Assembly (NCBI GenBank): GCA_964589775.1
Contig: CAZPUN010000012.1
Coordinates: 12,115-44,114, forward strand
DNA: 32,000 nucleotides
Source: an uncultured archaeon
GTDB taxonomy: Archaea; Asgardarchaeota; Thorarchaeia; Thorarchaeales; CAZPUN01
Reading direction: 5' to 3'
Positions 15,987-24,753 of the stretch are shown here, piece by piece. A program made the position numbers and the translations under genes. Within the stretch, counting starts at the first letter, position 1. Every line of letters begins with the position of its first letter. The notes below the pieces were generated by a model, which saw only the letters and a program-made list of their open reading frames with translations, was not told the DNA's origin and did not search any database.

Positions 15987-16532
15987 TTATAGTTGTTTTG
16001 CATTGATACCCAAATCGTACCCTGCATTAAATGCTTGTAAATTCAAGTCTACATACTTTTTAGATGTCGTTTCTTTTATAGCACGAATAATAGAGTCTTT
16101 TTTGAGGACATTTGTAATGCCAATGAGCGAACCAAGTAAAATCATATTCATGACAACTTTTTTACCAATTTGCTCGGCTCTAGATAATGCAGGTATTGCA
16201 TATGTCTTATATTTGTCAGTATCACGAATGTTTCGCACAAGATCTTTTTCAACGATTACAAAACTATTTTCTTTTGCCTTTTCTAGCTTTGCATCATAAG
16301 CCTCTTGACAAAATGCTACAAAAATATCAGATTTGCGAACTTTTTGAAAATGAATATCCTCATCACTAATAATAACATTACTTTCAGACAAAGTTCCAGT
16401 AGCTTCTGAACCATAGGATTGTGTTTGTATTGCATTTTTATTTTCATACATAACTGCAGCAGTTCCAAGTAATACCCCAATTAAAATAACGCCTTGGCCT
16501 CCAAGTCCGGTTGCACGAATCTCATGTCTCAT
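15987..16532 (-). CDS. korC: 2-oxoacid:ferredoxin oxidoreductase gamma subunit
   Basis: EIR..GLGGQGVIL.G, QTQSYGSEA.G..S.S.V.ISD, N..LLG, N..AF..G. Confidence 0.92.
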   Translation of the reverse strand: MRHEIRATGLGGQGVILIGVLLGTAAVMYENKNAIQTQSYGSEATGTLSESNVIISDEDIHFQKVRKSDIFVAFCQEAYDAKLEKAKENSFVIVEKDLVRNIRDTDKYKTYAIPALSRAEQIGKKVVMNMILLGSLIGITNVLKKDSIIRAIKETTSKKYVDLNLQAFNAGYDLGINAKQL

Positions 16533-16533
16533 T

Positions 16534-17367
16534 TTAATGGCTCCTTGCTTTATTTTGAATCTCTTTTAATCTACTAATATAACCAGGACGATTACGTTGG
16601 ATAATTTTTCCAATTCTAATTTTACTTCCATCCTTCAATTCAATATTACCTTTTTTAGACATTTCAGATATGGTTTTAAACCACCGAATTAATTCATCAG
16701 GATCGGGCTTTCCAATTCGACGCCCGAAGGACGTAGGACATTGCGAAATTACTTCAATAAATCTAAATCCTTCCTGCTTTAGTGCTTCCTTTATTGAATG
16801 AATTAATGGAAAAACATGTGCAGTAGTCCAGCGCGCAACATAATTTGCACCAGCAGCAGCTACAACTTCTGAAGCATCAAGGGGGGGATCAGGATTACCA
16901 TAGGGGGTTGTTGTTGTCGTCAAATTTTCAAATGTTGTTGGGCTTACTTGTCCACCAGTCATTCCATAAATGAAATTATTAATCATAATAACAATTAGAT
17001 CCATATTTCGTCTAGCGGCATGCATTAAATGATTTCCACCAATTGCTGAAAGATCACCATCACCACTCATCACAACAACATTTAGTTTTGGATTTGCAAT
17101 TTTCAAGCCAGTCGCATACGCAATAGCACGACCATGTAAAGTATGTAATGTATCTGCTTTGAAATATGGTGAAATCGTCCAAGCACCACAACCAATCCCG
17201 GATACAAAAGCGAATCCATCTAATGATTCATATCCTAACTCATTGAGCGCTTTCAAAAATGCATTCATTACGATTCCATTTCCACAACCAGGACAAAATG
17301 CGGTTGGCAACAATTCATCTCGAAGATATTTTCTTGCAAAATGGACAGAAGCCACAATAATCACCAA
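16534..17367 (-). CDS. korB: 2-oxoacid:ferredoxin oxidoreductase beta (TPP-binding) subunit
   Basis: FCPGCG, SGIGC, HTLHGRA..YATG, GDGD..AIGGNH, NN.IYGMTGGQ.SPT, CPT. The start may be the GTG at 17355, after a GGTGA RBS. Confidence 0.93.
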   Translation of the reverse strand: MVIIVASVHFARKYLRDELLPTAFCPGCGNGIVMNAFLKALNELGYESLDGFAFVSGIGCGAWTISPYFKADTLHTLHGRAIAYATGLKIANPKLNVVVMSGDGDLSAIGGNHLMHAARRNMDLIVIMINNFIYGMTGGQVSPTTFENLTTTTTPYGNPDPPLDASEVVAAAGANYVARWTTAHVFPLIHSIKEALKQEGFRFIEVISQCPTSFGRRIGKPDPDELIRWFKTISEMSKKGNIELKDGSKIRIGKIIQRNRPGYISRLKEIQNKARSH

Positions 17368-17510
17368 ATTTCATATTCTATTTTCCACTTCATATCCAAT
17401 TGACCTTTAAGATTTGTTGTTCTGAACAAAATTATAAAAATGACATTAGACAAAGATTTAAGATTAGTTTACTTAAAATCTAAAACAGTAAATAAAAGGA
17501 GAATGAAAAT

Positions 17511-17936
17511 ATGGCTGAAGGAACAGCAAATGTTGCCTTTTTCAAAGAATTAGCTTCTGTGCTTGGAAATGTTGTAAAGGTTATTACAAAAGATAATAAG
17601 TCATATACAGGCACTCTAAAAGGTTTTGATAGAAATACATTGAGTGTAGTTCTGGTAGATGCAGTCGATGAAGAAAATACAAAATATCAAAAAATATTCA
17701 TTTATGGCTCCACAATAAAATATTTCACGAAAGAAAAAGAAGCATTTAACTTACAAGGTTTAGCAAAAGAGTTAGAGAGAATGTTCCCACCGGGTGGAGT
17801 AGTATATCATGAAGACGGAAACGTAATCGCAATCATGAATAAAGTATATGTCACAGAAGATGGCGTTGAAGGAACAGGACTACTTGCAGATAGAGTACGT
17901 TCAGTATATGAAAAATATGTAGCACAAAACAAATAA
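17511..17936 (+). CDS. Sm-like protein with C-terminal extension (SmAP3 type)
   Basis: Sm1 (LGNVVKV......Y.G.L.GFD....VVL) and Sm2 (IFIYGS.I) motifs, plus a C-terminal domain of about 60 aa (LAKELERMFP..V......I..MNKV.VTEDGVEG.G..A.RV). Confidence 0.88.
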   Translation: MAEGTANVAFFKELASVLGNVVKVITKDNKSYTGTLKGFDRNTLSVVLVDAVDEENTKYQKIFIYGSTIKYFTKEKEAFNLQGLAKELERMFPPGGVVYHEDGNVIAIMNKVYVTEDGVEGTGLLADRVRSVYEKYVAQNK

Positions 17937-17943
17937 AGTTCGT

Positions 17944-17970
17944 GCAAGGGCATTAGCCCCTGCTATTTTT
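17944..17970 (+). terminator. GC-rich hairpin plus T-run between convergent SmAP3 and rpl2
   Basis: GCAAGGGC-ATTA-GCCCCTGC (7 of 8 positions pair) followed by tattttt. Confidence 0.4.
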
Positions 17971-17984
17971 ATATTAAACACAAA

Positions 17985-18695
17985 TTATCGCTTTCGACCA
18001 GTTCTCTTCGGTGCGATCATACCGACTTTTCTGCCTGGAGGTGTATTTCTAGCTACAGAGCTTGGTTGACCAGGGGATTGATGCGAGCCTCCACCATGGG
18101 GGTGCGAAACTGCATTCATCGCAACACCACGTACAACAGGCCATTTCCAAGCTTTAGTCTTACTAAGATGATATTTTGCTCCAGCCTTTAAGAATGGCTT
18201 TTCAGGTCGTCCTCCACCAGCCACTACACCCAATGCAGCACGAGCATTTGGATTAAATGCACGATCCTGACCAGATGGAAGGCGTACAATAGATTTGTCC
18301 GTTGCATGTGTTTTTATAGTAGCATAAAGTCCTGAAGCCCTAACGTATTTACCACCATCACCCGGAAGAGATTCAATATTATAAATTGGATATCCTTCAG
18401 GTATTTTGTACAATGGCAATACGTTTCCAATAGATAATGCGGCATCAGGTCCACATTCAATGGTTTGGCCGATTTGAATAGATTCTGGTGCGATCATAAT
18501 TACTGTTTGATCTGCGAATTTAACTTTCATAAGTGGCGCTCCACGCCCTGGATCATGCATAATATCTACAACTTTTCCTACAACTGTATTTTTGGAAAGC
18601 TTTGGATGTTTTGCACGACCTTTTCGCTTATGCACTGGAGCTCGAAATGCCTGAGCACCACGACCCTTCCTTTGTGCAAGAATTCTCTTTCCCAT
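17985..18695 (-). CDS. rpl2: 50S ribosomal protein uL2
   Basis: MGKRILAQRKGRG, HDPGRGAP, VRGVAMNAVSHPHGGG, PPGRKVG. Confidence 0.98.
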   Translation of the reverse strand: MGKRILAQRKGRGAQAFRAPVHKRKGRAKHPKLSKNTVVGKVVDIMHDPGRGAPLMKVKFADQTVIMIAPESIQIGQTIECGPDAALSIGNVLPLYKIPEGYPIYNIESLPGDGGKYVRASGLYATIKTHATDKSIVRLPSGQDRAFNPNARAALGVVAGGGRPEKPFLKAGAKYHLSKTKAWKWPVVRGVAMNAVSHPHGGGSHQSPGQPSSVARNTPPGRKVGMIAPKRTGRKR

Positions 18696-18707
18696 TTATA
18701 AGCCTCC

Positions 18708-18974
18708 TTAGAATATACCCAGTTGCGTGGCAGTCTCCGCGGCACTGTAATCAGGCGCAAACTTGACAAATGCCTTTTTACGTCCATCAGGAGTGATAAC
18801 TGTATTTACCTTTTCGACTTCTACGTCAAATAGTTCTTGAACTGCCCATTTTATTGTATTTTTATTTGCTTTCCTGGATACATAAAAGACTAACTTATTT
18901 TCAGTCTCAATTAGATCCAGTGCAGCTTCGGTTGTTACTGGCTCGATAATAATTTGATTTGGATCCATATTCAT
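18708..18974 (-). CDS. rpl23: 50S ribosomal protein uL23
   Basis: P.TTE.A...IE.ENKLVF.V...ANK..IK.AV.ELF.V.V.KVNT....G.KKAFV. The start may be the ATG at 18968. Confidence 0.96.
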   Translation of the reverse strand: MNMDPNQIIIEPVTTEAALDLIETENKLVFYVSRKANKNTIKWAVQELFDVEVEKVNTVITPDGRKKAFVKFAPDYSAAETATQLGIF

Positions 18975-18982
18975 TCACTCCT

Positions 18983-19768
18983 TTACATGAATAACTTTTC
19001 TTCAGCTAAGGCTTTAATAGCGCCTTCAGTCCAGAGACATAATCTTCCGGGATATGTACCTGGTGCAAGCAGCTCTACATTTAATGAATGTACATTAACA
19101 ACATCCACACCAGGAAGATTTCTGGCAGCTTTCATTAGTTCAGAGGGCCCATTCGTTATGATCAATACAGATTTTGCACGCTTGTATTTTCGTCCTCGCA
19201 TTTTACCTTTTCCTGCTCGAATCTTCCGTTTCTGTGCGCGGTCCAAATCTTCTGCTAAACCTAGCTTTAAGAATAGATCAATCACGTCAGAAGTCTTTGT
19301 TAGATTTTCAACTTCGGATTCTACGATTAATGGAAGTTCAGGAACATCTGAAATACGATGACCACGAGAAGATACGAGGTCTTTATTTGCTGTAGCAGCA
19401 ATCGCAGAACGAATAGCTAACCTACGTTCTTTCTTGTTAATTCGTTCTATGAGAACCTTTTCAGCTCTAGGTGCATGAGCTCTATATCCACCAACCGTCG
19501 ATGGGGCAAATGCACCTTGACTTGACCTCAGAGAACCACGACCCTTAACACGGGGAACTCGAGACACTCCATGACCTGGGCCCCATGATTCTGCAGTAGT
19601 TCTTTTACCTGCTAATTTATTGACACCATGAGGGTTTAATCTTAGTGTCTGAAGACTAATAACCGCACGCCTAATAACATCAGGACGATATGGTGTTGAA
19701 AACTGTGGTGGAAGGTCAATATTTCGTACAGGAGTTCCATCAAGTGAATAAACGTTAGCTTTCTTCAT
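18983..19768 (-). CDS. rpl4: 50S ribosomal protein uL4
   Basis: RPDVIRRAV, AESWGPGHGVSRVPR, INKKERRLAIRSAIAAT, RAGKGKMRGR, LAPG..PGRL..WTE. Confidence 0.98.
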   Translation of the reverse strand: MKKANVYSLDGTPVRNIDLPPQFSTPYRPDVIRRAVISLQTLRLNPHGVNKLAGKRTTAESWGPGHGVSRVPRVKGRGSLRSSQGAFAPSTVGGYRAHAPRAEKVLIERINKKERRLAIRSAIAATANKDLVSSRGHRISDVPELPLIVESEVENLTKTSDVIDLFLKLGLAEDLDRAQKRKIRAGKGKMRGRKYKRAKSVLIITNGPSELMKAARNLPGVDVVNVHSLNVELLAPGTYPGRLCLWTEGAIKALAEEKLFM

Positions 19769-19780
19769 CTTGTTTCACCT

Positions 19781-20791
19781 CTACTTCCCCTGCTTAGAGG
19801 AGGTACTAATATAGACAATTTGAGGTACCTTCTCGGGGAATTTATTAGTTGGACGTATTGGATATCTCAGGCGAACTAATCTTTTAGTAGCACCGGGTAG
19901 ACTACCTTTTACAATAACATAGTCTCCGCGAACAATGCCATAATTCAAGAAACCGCCTGCGGGTGTGATTTCTTCTCCACGTTCTCCAATCTTTAAGATG
20001 TACTTATTATATTCAGTACGCTTATGATAGCCCATTTGACCTGCACGAGGTATCGTGTATCGTACTCGAGTGGGTTTCCATGAACCTATGGAACCAACAC
20101 CACGTTTTGTCTTTCTAGATTTGTGCTGAAGGATACGAATACCCCATCGTTTTACAGGGCCTTGCCAACCTTTTCCTTTTGTTACAGCAATGGCATCTAC
20201 AAGCATACCTTCAGATATTACTTCATTCACACGAATTTCTTTGCCAAGCTTTTCAACAGCATATTCAAATGCTTGTTCCACACTACTGGCTCCGACCTTA
20301 TATTCCATAAGGTCTGGAACTTTCTTTGGAACTCCTGCAAGTCTTGGTAATGTTTGTATCAGTACTCTAATTTCAGAAACTTTATCTAGCTGCTCCCGAA
20401 TAGCCTTAATTTGCTCCTCAGTCTTATCAGATTTCGGTAGAGTAATCCTACGTTTTAGATCTTTATGCAAGTCAGAAGCAATAGCTTCAGTCATTAATTT
20501 AAGACCATAAGGTGTATTCATATAAGCTCTAACCGAAATCACTCTAACTGGAGGTGTATCTAACACGGTCACGGGAACAGATATTTCATTTCCATAATAT
20601 GGACTGTGCTTTCTATTTTCAACTATAATAACATGAGTCATTCCTGCCTTATATCCAGGAAATCCAAGAATCTTTGGTTCTCCTGAATATTTAGGCCACC
20701 TCTTAATACGAGGAACAGCCTTTGCGGAACGCCCTTTTGGCAAGAACGACAATGAACCCCTTTTTGGGGCGCTTACTTTACGATGTCCCAT
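19781..20791 (-). CDS. rpl3: 50S ribosomal protein uL3
   Basis: PKRGSL.F.P, GYKAGMTH, TKGKGWQGPVKRWG, AGQMGYH.RTEYNK, TP.GGF..YG. AGGAGG RBS. Confidence 0.98.
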   Translation of the reverse strand: MGHRKVSAPKRGSLSFLPKGRSAKAVPRIKRWPKYSGEPKILGFPGYKAGMTHVIIVENRKHSPYYGNEISVPVTVLDTPPVRVISVRAYMNTPYGLKLMTEAIASDLHKDLKRRITLPKSDKTEEQIKAIREQLDKVSEIRVLIQTLPRLAGVPKKVPDLMEYKVGASSVEQAFEYAVEKLGKEIRVNEVISEGMLVDAIAVTKGKGWQGPVKRWGIRILQHKSRKTKRGVGSIGSWKPTRVRYTIPRAGQMGYHKRTEYNKYILKIGERGEEITPAGGFLNYGIVRGDYVIVKGSLPGATKRLVRLRYPIRPTNKFPEKVPQIVYISTSSKQGK

Positions 20792-20918
20792 AGTTTAATG
20801 TCCTCCTAGAATATTTCAAATTCAAGGATAGATAATTGACCGGTGTTAGCCATCGATATCGATGGATACACGCAGTTATGCCGAATATGAAATGGCATTG
20901 AAAAACAAGCTTTTAGAA

Positions 20919-20937
20919 GATTTTTAAGTCTTTTTGC
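20919..20937 (-). promoter_or_regulatory. BRE-TATA promoter candidate for the rpl3 operon
   Basis: Minus-strand GCAAAAAGACTTAAAAATC. It implies a start site near 20898 and a leader of about 105 nt. Confidence 0.4.
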
Positions 20938-20963
20938 ATTTACATTTTTTTAAAAAATTAAGA

Positions 20964-21401
20964 TTACAGATCAAGTACAAAATGTAGCATCCAACCATCT
21001 TTTTCATGCTTTATTTGCATTTCTGCATATGTAGCAGCTTTAACTCCAGTTTTAAATTCATGCTTAATTGAATCAAAAGGTTCACCACGACATATTGCGT
21101 CAAGAATCCAAAGGTCATTCTTTTCAATCTTGTGTATCTTAAAATCGGAAAATACTAGCGATTCACTATCAAAAATGATTAAAAATTCTTCTAGCCACCT
21201 TAAGAGTAACTCTTCTAAATCAAATGCTTCAATATGAATTTTGTACTCAATCTTAGGTTCTACCTTTTTTATGTTTAGCATGATATTGAATAATGCTTCA
21301 GCTGCCGCTTCAAATGTTTTTTCTAGGGTTTTATCGTAACATTCAACAATTATATCAGCAGTATGATCAATATACTTGATTCTTTCCATGGTCTTCACCA
21401 T
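20964..21401 (-). CDS. Archease (RtcB tRNA ligase cofactor)
   Basis: Y.DHTAD, LE..F..AA.ALF, DLEELL..WLEE, GE.FD..KH....VKAATY, FVLDL C-terminus. Confidence 0.95.
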   Translation of the reverse strand: MVKTMERIKYIDHTADIIVECYDKTLEKTFEAAAEALFNIMLNIKKVEPKIEYKIHIEAFDLEELLLRWLEEFLIIFDSESLVFSDFKIHKIEKNDLWILDAICRGEPFDSIKHEFKTGVKAATYAEMQIKHEKDGWMLHFVLDL

Positions 21402-21474
21402 TAATTTTATAAAAACTACAACGTTGTTAGTATATGAATAATTTTAAATTATTTATTGGAACAAAATACATAAA

Positions 21475-21578
21475 GCCAGGGTATCCAAGCGGACTGATTT
21501 AATCCCGCAATACGGAGCCGGTCTTGAGAACCGGTGCCCCTTGTGGGCTCGGGTGTTCGAATCACCCCCCTGGCGCCA
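21475..21578 (+). tRNA. tRNA-Ser(TGA) with 16-nt D-loop intron (21495-21510), CCA encoded
   Basis: Acceptor GCCAGGG/CCCTGGC, anticodon arm CCGGT-CTTGAGA-ACCGG, long variable arm GCCC-CTTGT-GGGC, T arm GGGTG-TTCGAAT-CACCC, discriminator G. BHB-like GCGG-ACT-GAT/ATC-CCGC-AAT in the D loop. Confidence 0.92.
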
Positions 21579-21654
21579 TAAAAATCATGTAAAATATCTA
21601 ACAACACTAAAAGAATGAATGTTTTTTAAGATTTTAAAAATAAAAGAAGAGAAA

Positions 21655-21972
21655 TTATCCGGTTAATTCAATTTCAATATATACTTCTTCAGGTATTTTA
21701 ACGCGCATTATCTGACGCATTGCGCGCTCATCTGCATCAATATCAATTAATCGCTTATGGATTCGCATTTCAAATTTGTCCCAGGTTTTAGTTCCTTCAC
21801 CACAAGGGGTCTTGCGTGTAGCGATCTGGAGATGTCGTGTAGGAAGTGGAATAGGACCTGACATACGTATACCGGTCTTTGTTACAATCTTTTTGATTTG
21901 ATTACATACATCATCTAGTTTTTGTGTACTTGTACTTGACAACCTAATGCGTGCTTTTTGAACCATTATCAT
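21655..21972 (-). CDS. rps10: 30S ribosomal protein uS10
   Basis: [37 protein letters not shown]. Confidence 0.98.
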   Translation of the reverse strand: MIMVQKARIRLSSTSTQKLDDVCNQIKKIVTKTGIRMSGPIPLPTRHLQIATRKTPCGEGTKTWDKFEMRIHKRLIDIDADERAMRQIMRVKIPEEVYIEIELTG

Positions 21973-22071
21973 ACAGTCTCCGTTTTTAATTATTGGAGAT
22001 AGGAATAATATATAATTTGACTAGCTTCGAATCATGAAAACTTTGTTAAAAATATTTCGGCATGGATAATT

Positions 22072-22094
22072 TAAAAAAAGAAGGTGAGAGGAAA
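22072..22094 (-). terminator. Pyrimidine/oligo-T terminator candidate after tuf
   Basis: Minus strand reads TTTCCTCTCACCTTCTTTTTTTA directly after the tuf stop codon. Confidence 0.45.
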
Positions 22095-23393
22095 TTATTT
22101 CTTGGTTACATCTACAACGATACCGACTGCAACTGTGATACCCATATCACGAACTGCAAATCGACCAAGTTGTGGAATTTCCTTGTATTTCTCAATGACC
22201 ATTGGTTTGAGTGGCTTCAGTTTGACTAAAGCAGCTTCACCCTTCTTGATAAATTCAGGGTTCTCTTCAAGCATTTGACCGGATCTCTGATCTCTTCTGT
22301 TCTTAAGTTCTACAAATCGACATGCAACTTGGGTAGTGTGTGCATGAATTACAGGAGTGTATCCAACGGTAATTGCAGTTGGGTGCTGAATAACAATAAT
22401 GTTACCTGTAAAGTCCACTGCAACAGTTGGAGGATTGTTTACATGACCTGCAACATCACCACGAGTGAGTTCCTTACGTTCAATACCACGTACATTGAAT
22501 CCAATGTTGTCTCCAGGTTCAGCCTTCTGCATTGCTTCATGATGCATTTCAATGCTCTTTACTTCACCGGTCTTACCAGGTGGATTGAATATGACCTTAT
22601 CACCTACCTTAAGAACACCAGTTTCAACTCTACCTACAGGTACAGTACCGACACCCTTAATTGAATATACATCATTGATTGGGATTCTAAGAGGCTTGTC
22701 GACTGGCTTCTTAGGAGGCTCTACAGAATCTAGTGCTTCAACTAAGGTAGGACCATTGTACCATGGAGTGTTCTTACCTTTCTCAGTAATATTATCACCA
22801 GTAATAGCAGAAGTTGGTACAAATGGTACTTTATCAACCTTATAACCAACAGTCTTTAAGAATTGACTGATTTCAGTCTTAATTTCGTCATAACGCTTCT
22901 GACTAAAGTTTACACTTGGATCGTCCATCTTATTGACGGCAACAATTAATTGATTTACACCAAGTGTAAATGCAAGATATGCATGCTCACGAGTCTGGCC
23001 GCCTGGACCATATCCAGCTTCAAATTCACCTACTTTTGCAGAAATTACAAGTAATGCAACGTCAGCTTGGCTAGCTCCAGTAATCATGTTCTTAACAAAG
23101 TCTTTGTGGCCAGGAGCATCGATAATTGTGTAGTAATATTTCTTAGTTTGGAACTTTGAAAATGCGATATCGATGGTAATACCTCTTTCTCGCTCTTCCT
23201 TTAATCTATCAAGTACCCATGCAAATGCCCAAGATGCACGGCCAATTTTTTCAGATTCTGCTTTGTATTGAGCCATAGTACGCTCATCAACAGCACCTAC
23301 TAGGTATAGGAGATGGCCTACAAGGGTACTCTTTCCTGCGTCAATGTGTCCTATGACGACTAGGTTTAAGTGTGGGAGTTCCTTCTTTGACAT
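22095..23393 (-). CDS. tuf: Translation elongation factor EF-1 alpha
   Basis: [52 protein letters not shown]. Start set at the ATG at 23393 (MSKKE), after a GGGGT RBS. Confidence 0.99.
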   Translation of the reverse strand: MSKKELPHLNLVVIGHIDAGKSTLVGHLLYLVGAVDERTMAQYKAESEKIGRASWAFAWVLDRLKEERERGITIDIAFSKFQTKKYYYTIIDAPGHKDFVKNMITGASQADVALLVISAKVGEFEAGYGPGGQTREHAYLAFTLGVNQLIVAVNKMDDPSVNFSQKRYDEIKTEISQFLKTVGYKVDKVPFVPTSAITGDNITEKGKNTPWYNGPTLVEALDSVEPPKKPVDKPLRIPINDVYSIKGVGTVPVGRVETGVLKVGDKVIFNPPGKTGEVKSIEMHHEAMQKAEPGDNIGFNVRGIERKELTRGDVAGHVNNPPTVAVDFTGNIIVIQHPTAITVGYTPVIHAHTTQVACRFVELKNRRDQRSGQMLEENPEFIKKGEAALVKLKPLKPMVIEKYKEIPQLGRFAVRDMGITVAVGIVVDVTKK

Positions 23394-23606
23394 TGTTTCT
23401 ACCCCTTTTATTAATTTGATATTCTTCAAGTCGAACAAGGATAGAAAAATTGTATAAGAGTTTTTGGGTTGTTCGCACTTGATTAATGATTTTAACTATA
23501 TAATTTCTAATAAATGTAATTAAATAATATCAGAAAGTAAATATAAATTTTATAATTTAGTGTAAAAATTTACAATTAGATGAATAATAAAAAGAAAAAA
23601 GAGATT

Positions 23607-24203
23607 TTATCGTGCAGAACGTGCAATACGTTCACGCTCGTCTTTCTTGCTTACAGCATAGCTAGATGGATCATTTCGATATGCTGCAAGTAATTCATCA
23701 ACCATACATTCAACTAATGATTTGGTATTATTATGTGTTGATTTTAGAATACCAGTAACAAGCATTCGAAGTGCAAGATCAATTCGACGTTGAGGACCAA
23801 TATCAACAGAACGAGGATATGCCATACCGCCATAGCTGATACGAGTTGTCTCTTCTGCAGGCGCAGCATTTTCAATAGCTTTTACAAGAACTTGAATTGG
23901 ATTTAGCCCAGTTTTAAAATGAATAATATCAAAGGCTTGCTCAATCATTGATAAGACACGAGCTTTTTTACCAGAATTACGACCAGTTCTAAATTTTTTA
24001 TCGTTTCGGTCGCCACCACTTAATAATTTATTTGCAAATCGTTCTACAATAGGAACCGTAGATTTTCTGAATCGACGATGCTCATGACGACCCATTGTAT
24101 GTGGTACATAAATAGACCTTAAATTGATATATCTTCTGAGTCCTACATCGGATATTTCGACTTCCTCTGCATCATATTTTCCAAAGACTAGTATTTTCTC
24201 CAA
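23607..24203 (-). CDS. rps7: 30S ribosomal protein uS7
   Basis: YVPHT.GRH, PIVER..N, GRNSGKK, NPIQVLV.AIENAAP.EETTRI.YGG, KKDE.ERIA.S.R. TTG start at 24203, after a GGGGT RBS. Confidence 0.97.
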   Translation of the reverse strand: MEKILVFGKYDAEEVEISDVGLRRYINLRSIYVPHTMGRHEHRRFRKSTVPIVERFANKLLSGGDRNDKKFRTGRNSGKKARVLSMIEQAFDIIHFKTGLNPIQVLVKAIENAAPAEETTRISYGGMAYPRSVDIGPQRRIDLALRMLVTGILKSTHNNTKSLVECMVDELLAAYRNDPSSYAVSKKDERERIARSAR

Positions 24204-24218
24204 AATAATAACCCCCAA

Positions 24219-24662
24219 TTATCTTACTTGTTTTTCTTTCTTACCATAAATCAAAGCCTCTAATGAAGTTCCGTTTACTTTAACGACTTTCCATCTAACA
24301 CCAGGAATGTCACCCATTGCACCACCCATGGCGCCACCGATTCCCTCAATAATAACTTCATCATGTTCATCAATAAATTTCAAACCACCATCTCCGGGTA
24401 CAAATGCAGTTACTTGTTTTCCATTTTTAATTAATTGTACCCTAACACACTTACGAATAGCTGAGTTAGGTTGTTTTGATTCTACACCTACTTTTTCTAG
24501 TACAATACCACGAGCTTGTGGTGCCCCTTGCAATGGATCCGCTTTTACGTCTAACTTAAGCATTCTATGCTTAAATTCATGATCTTTCCAACGGAACTTC
24601 AATCTTTTTAACTTCAATTTTCTTGCTGCAAATTCACCCTTGGGGCTTTTTGATCCTGTCAA
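24219..24662 (-). CDS. rps12: 30S ribosomal protein uS12
   Basis: [53 protein letters not shown] start. Confidence 0.98.
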   Translation of the reverse strand: MTGSKSPKGEFAARKLKLKRLKFRWKDHEFKHRMLKLDVKADPLQGAPQARGIVLEKVGVESKQPNSAIRKCVRVQLIKNGKQVTAFVPGDGGLKFIDEHDEVIIEGIGGAMGGAMGDIPGVRWKVVKVNGTSLEALIYGKKEKQVR

Positions 24663-24753
24663 ATTTCAATTCTCCATTTATTTTTTTATAATATATACTA
24701 AGTTTGGATAGCAGTTTACTAAATTTAAAAAGATTACCATAAGGCAATCTATT

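Noticed and set aside
17453-17481. Imperfect AT-rich inverted repeat between korB and SmAP3
   Set aside because: Explainable by divergent TATA-like elements in an AT-rich spacer.
21475-21578. tRNA-Sec or tRNA-Leu(GAG)
   Set aside because: The 7-nt loop CTTGAGA places TGA at 34-36 (Ser). The 7-bp acceptor stem and G discriminator fit Ser, and the long D region is an intron.
21977-21999. TCTCC/GGAGA hairpin that could mask the rps10 RBS
   Set aside because: Only 5 bp with a 13-nt loop, too weak to support without comparative data.
23394-23438. 15-aa N-terminal extension of EF-1A
   Set aside because: An RBS precedes the ATG at 23393, and conserved sequence begins there.
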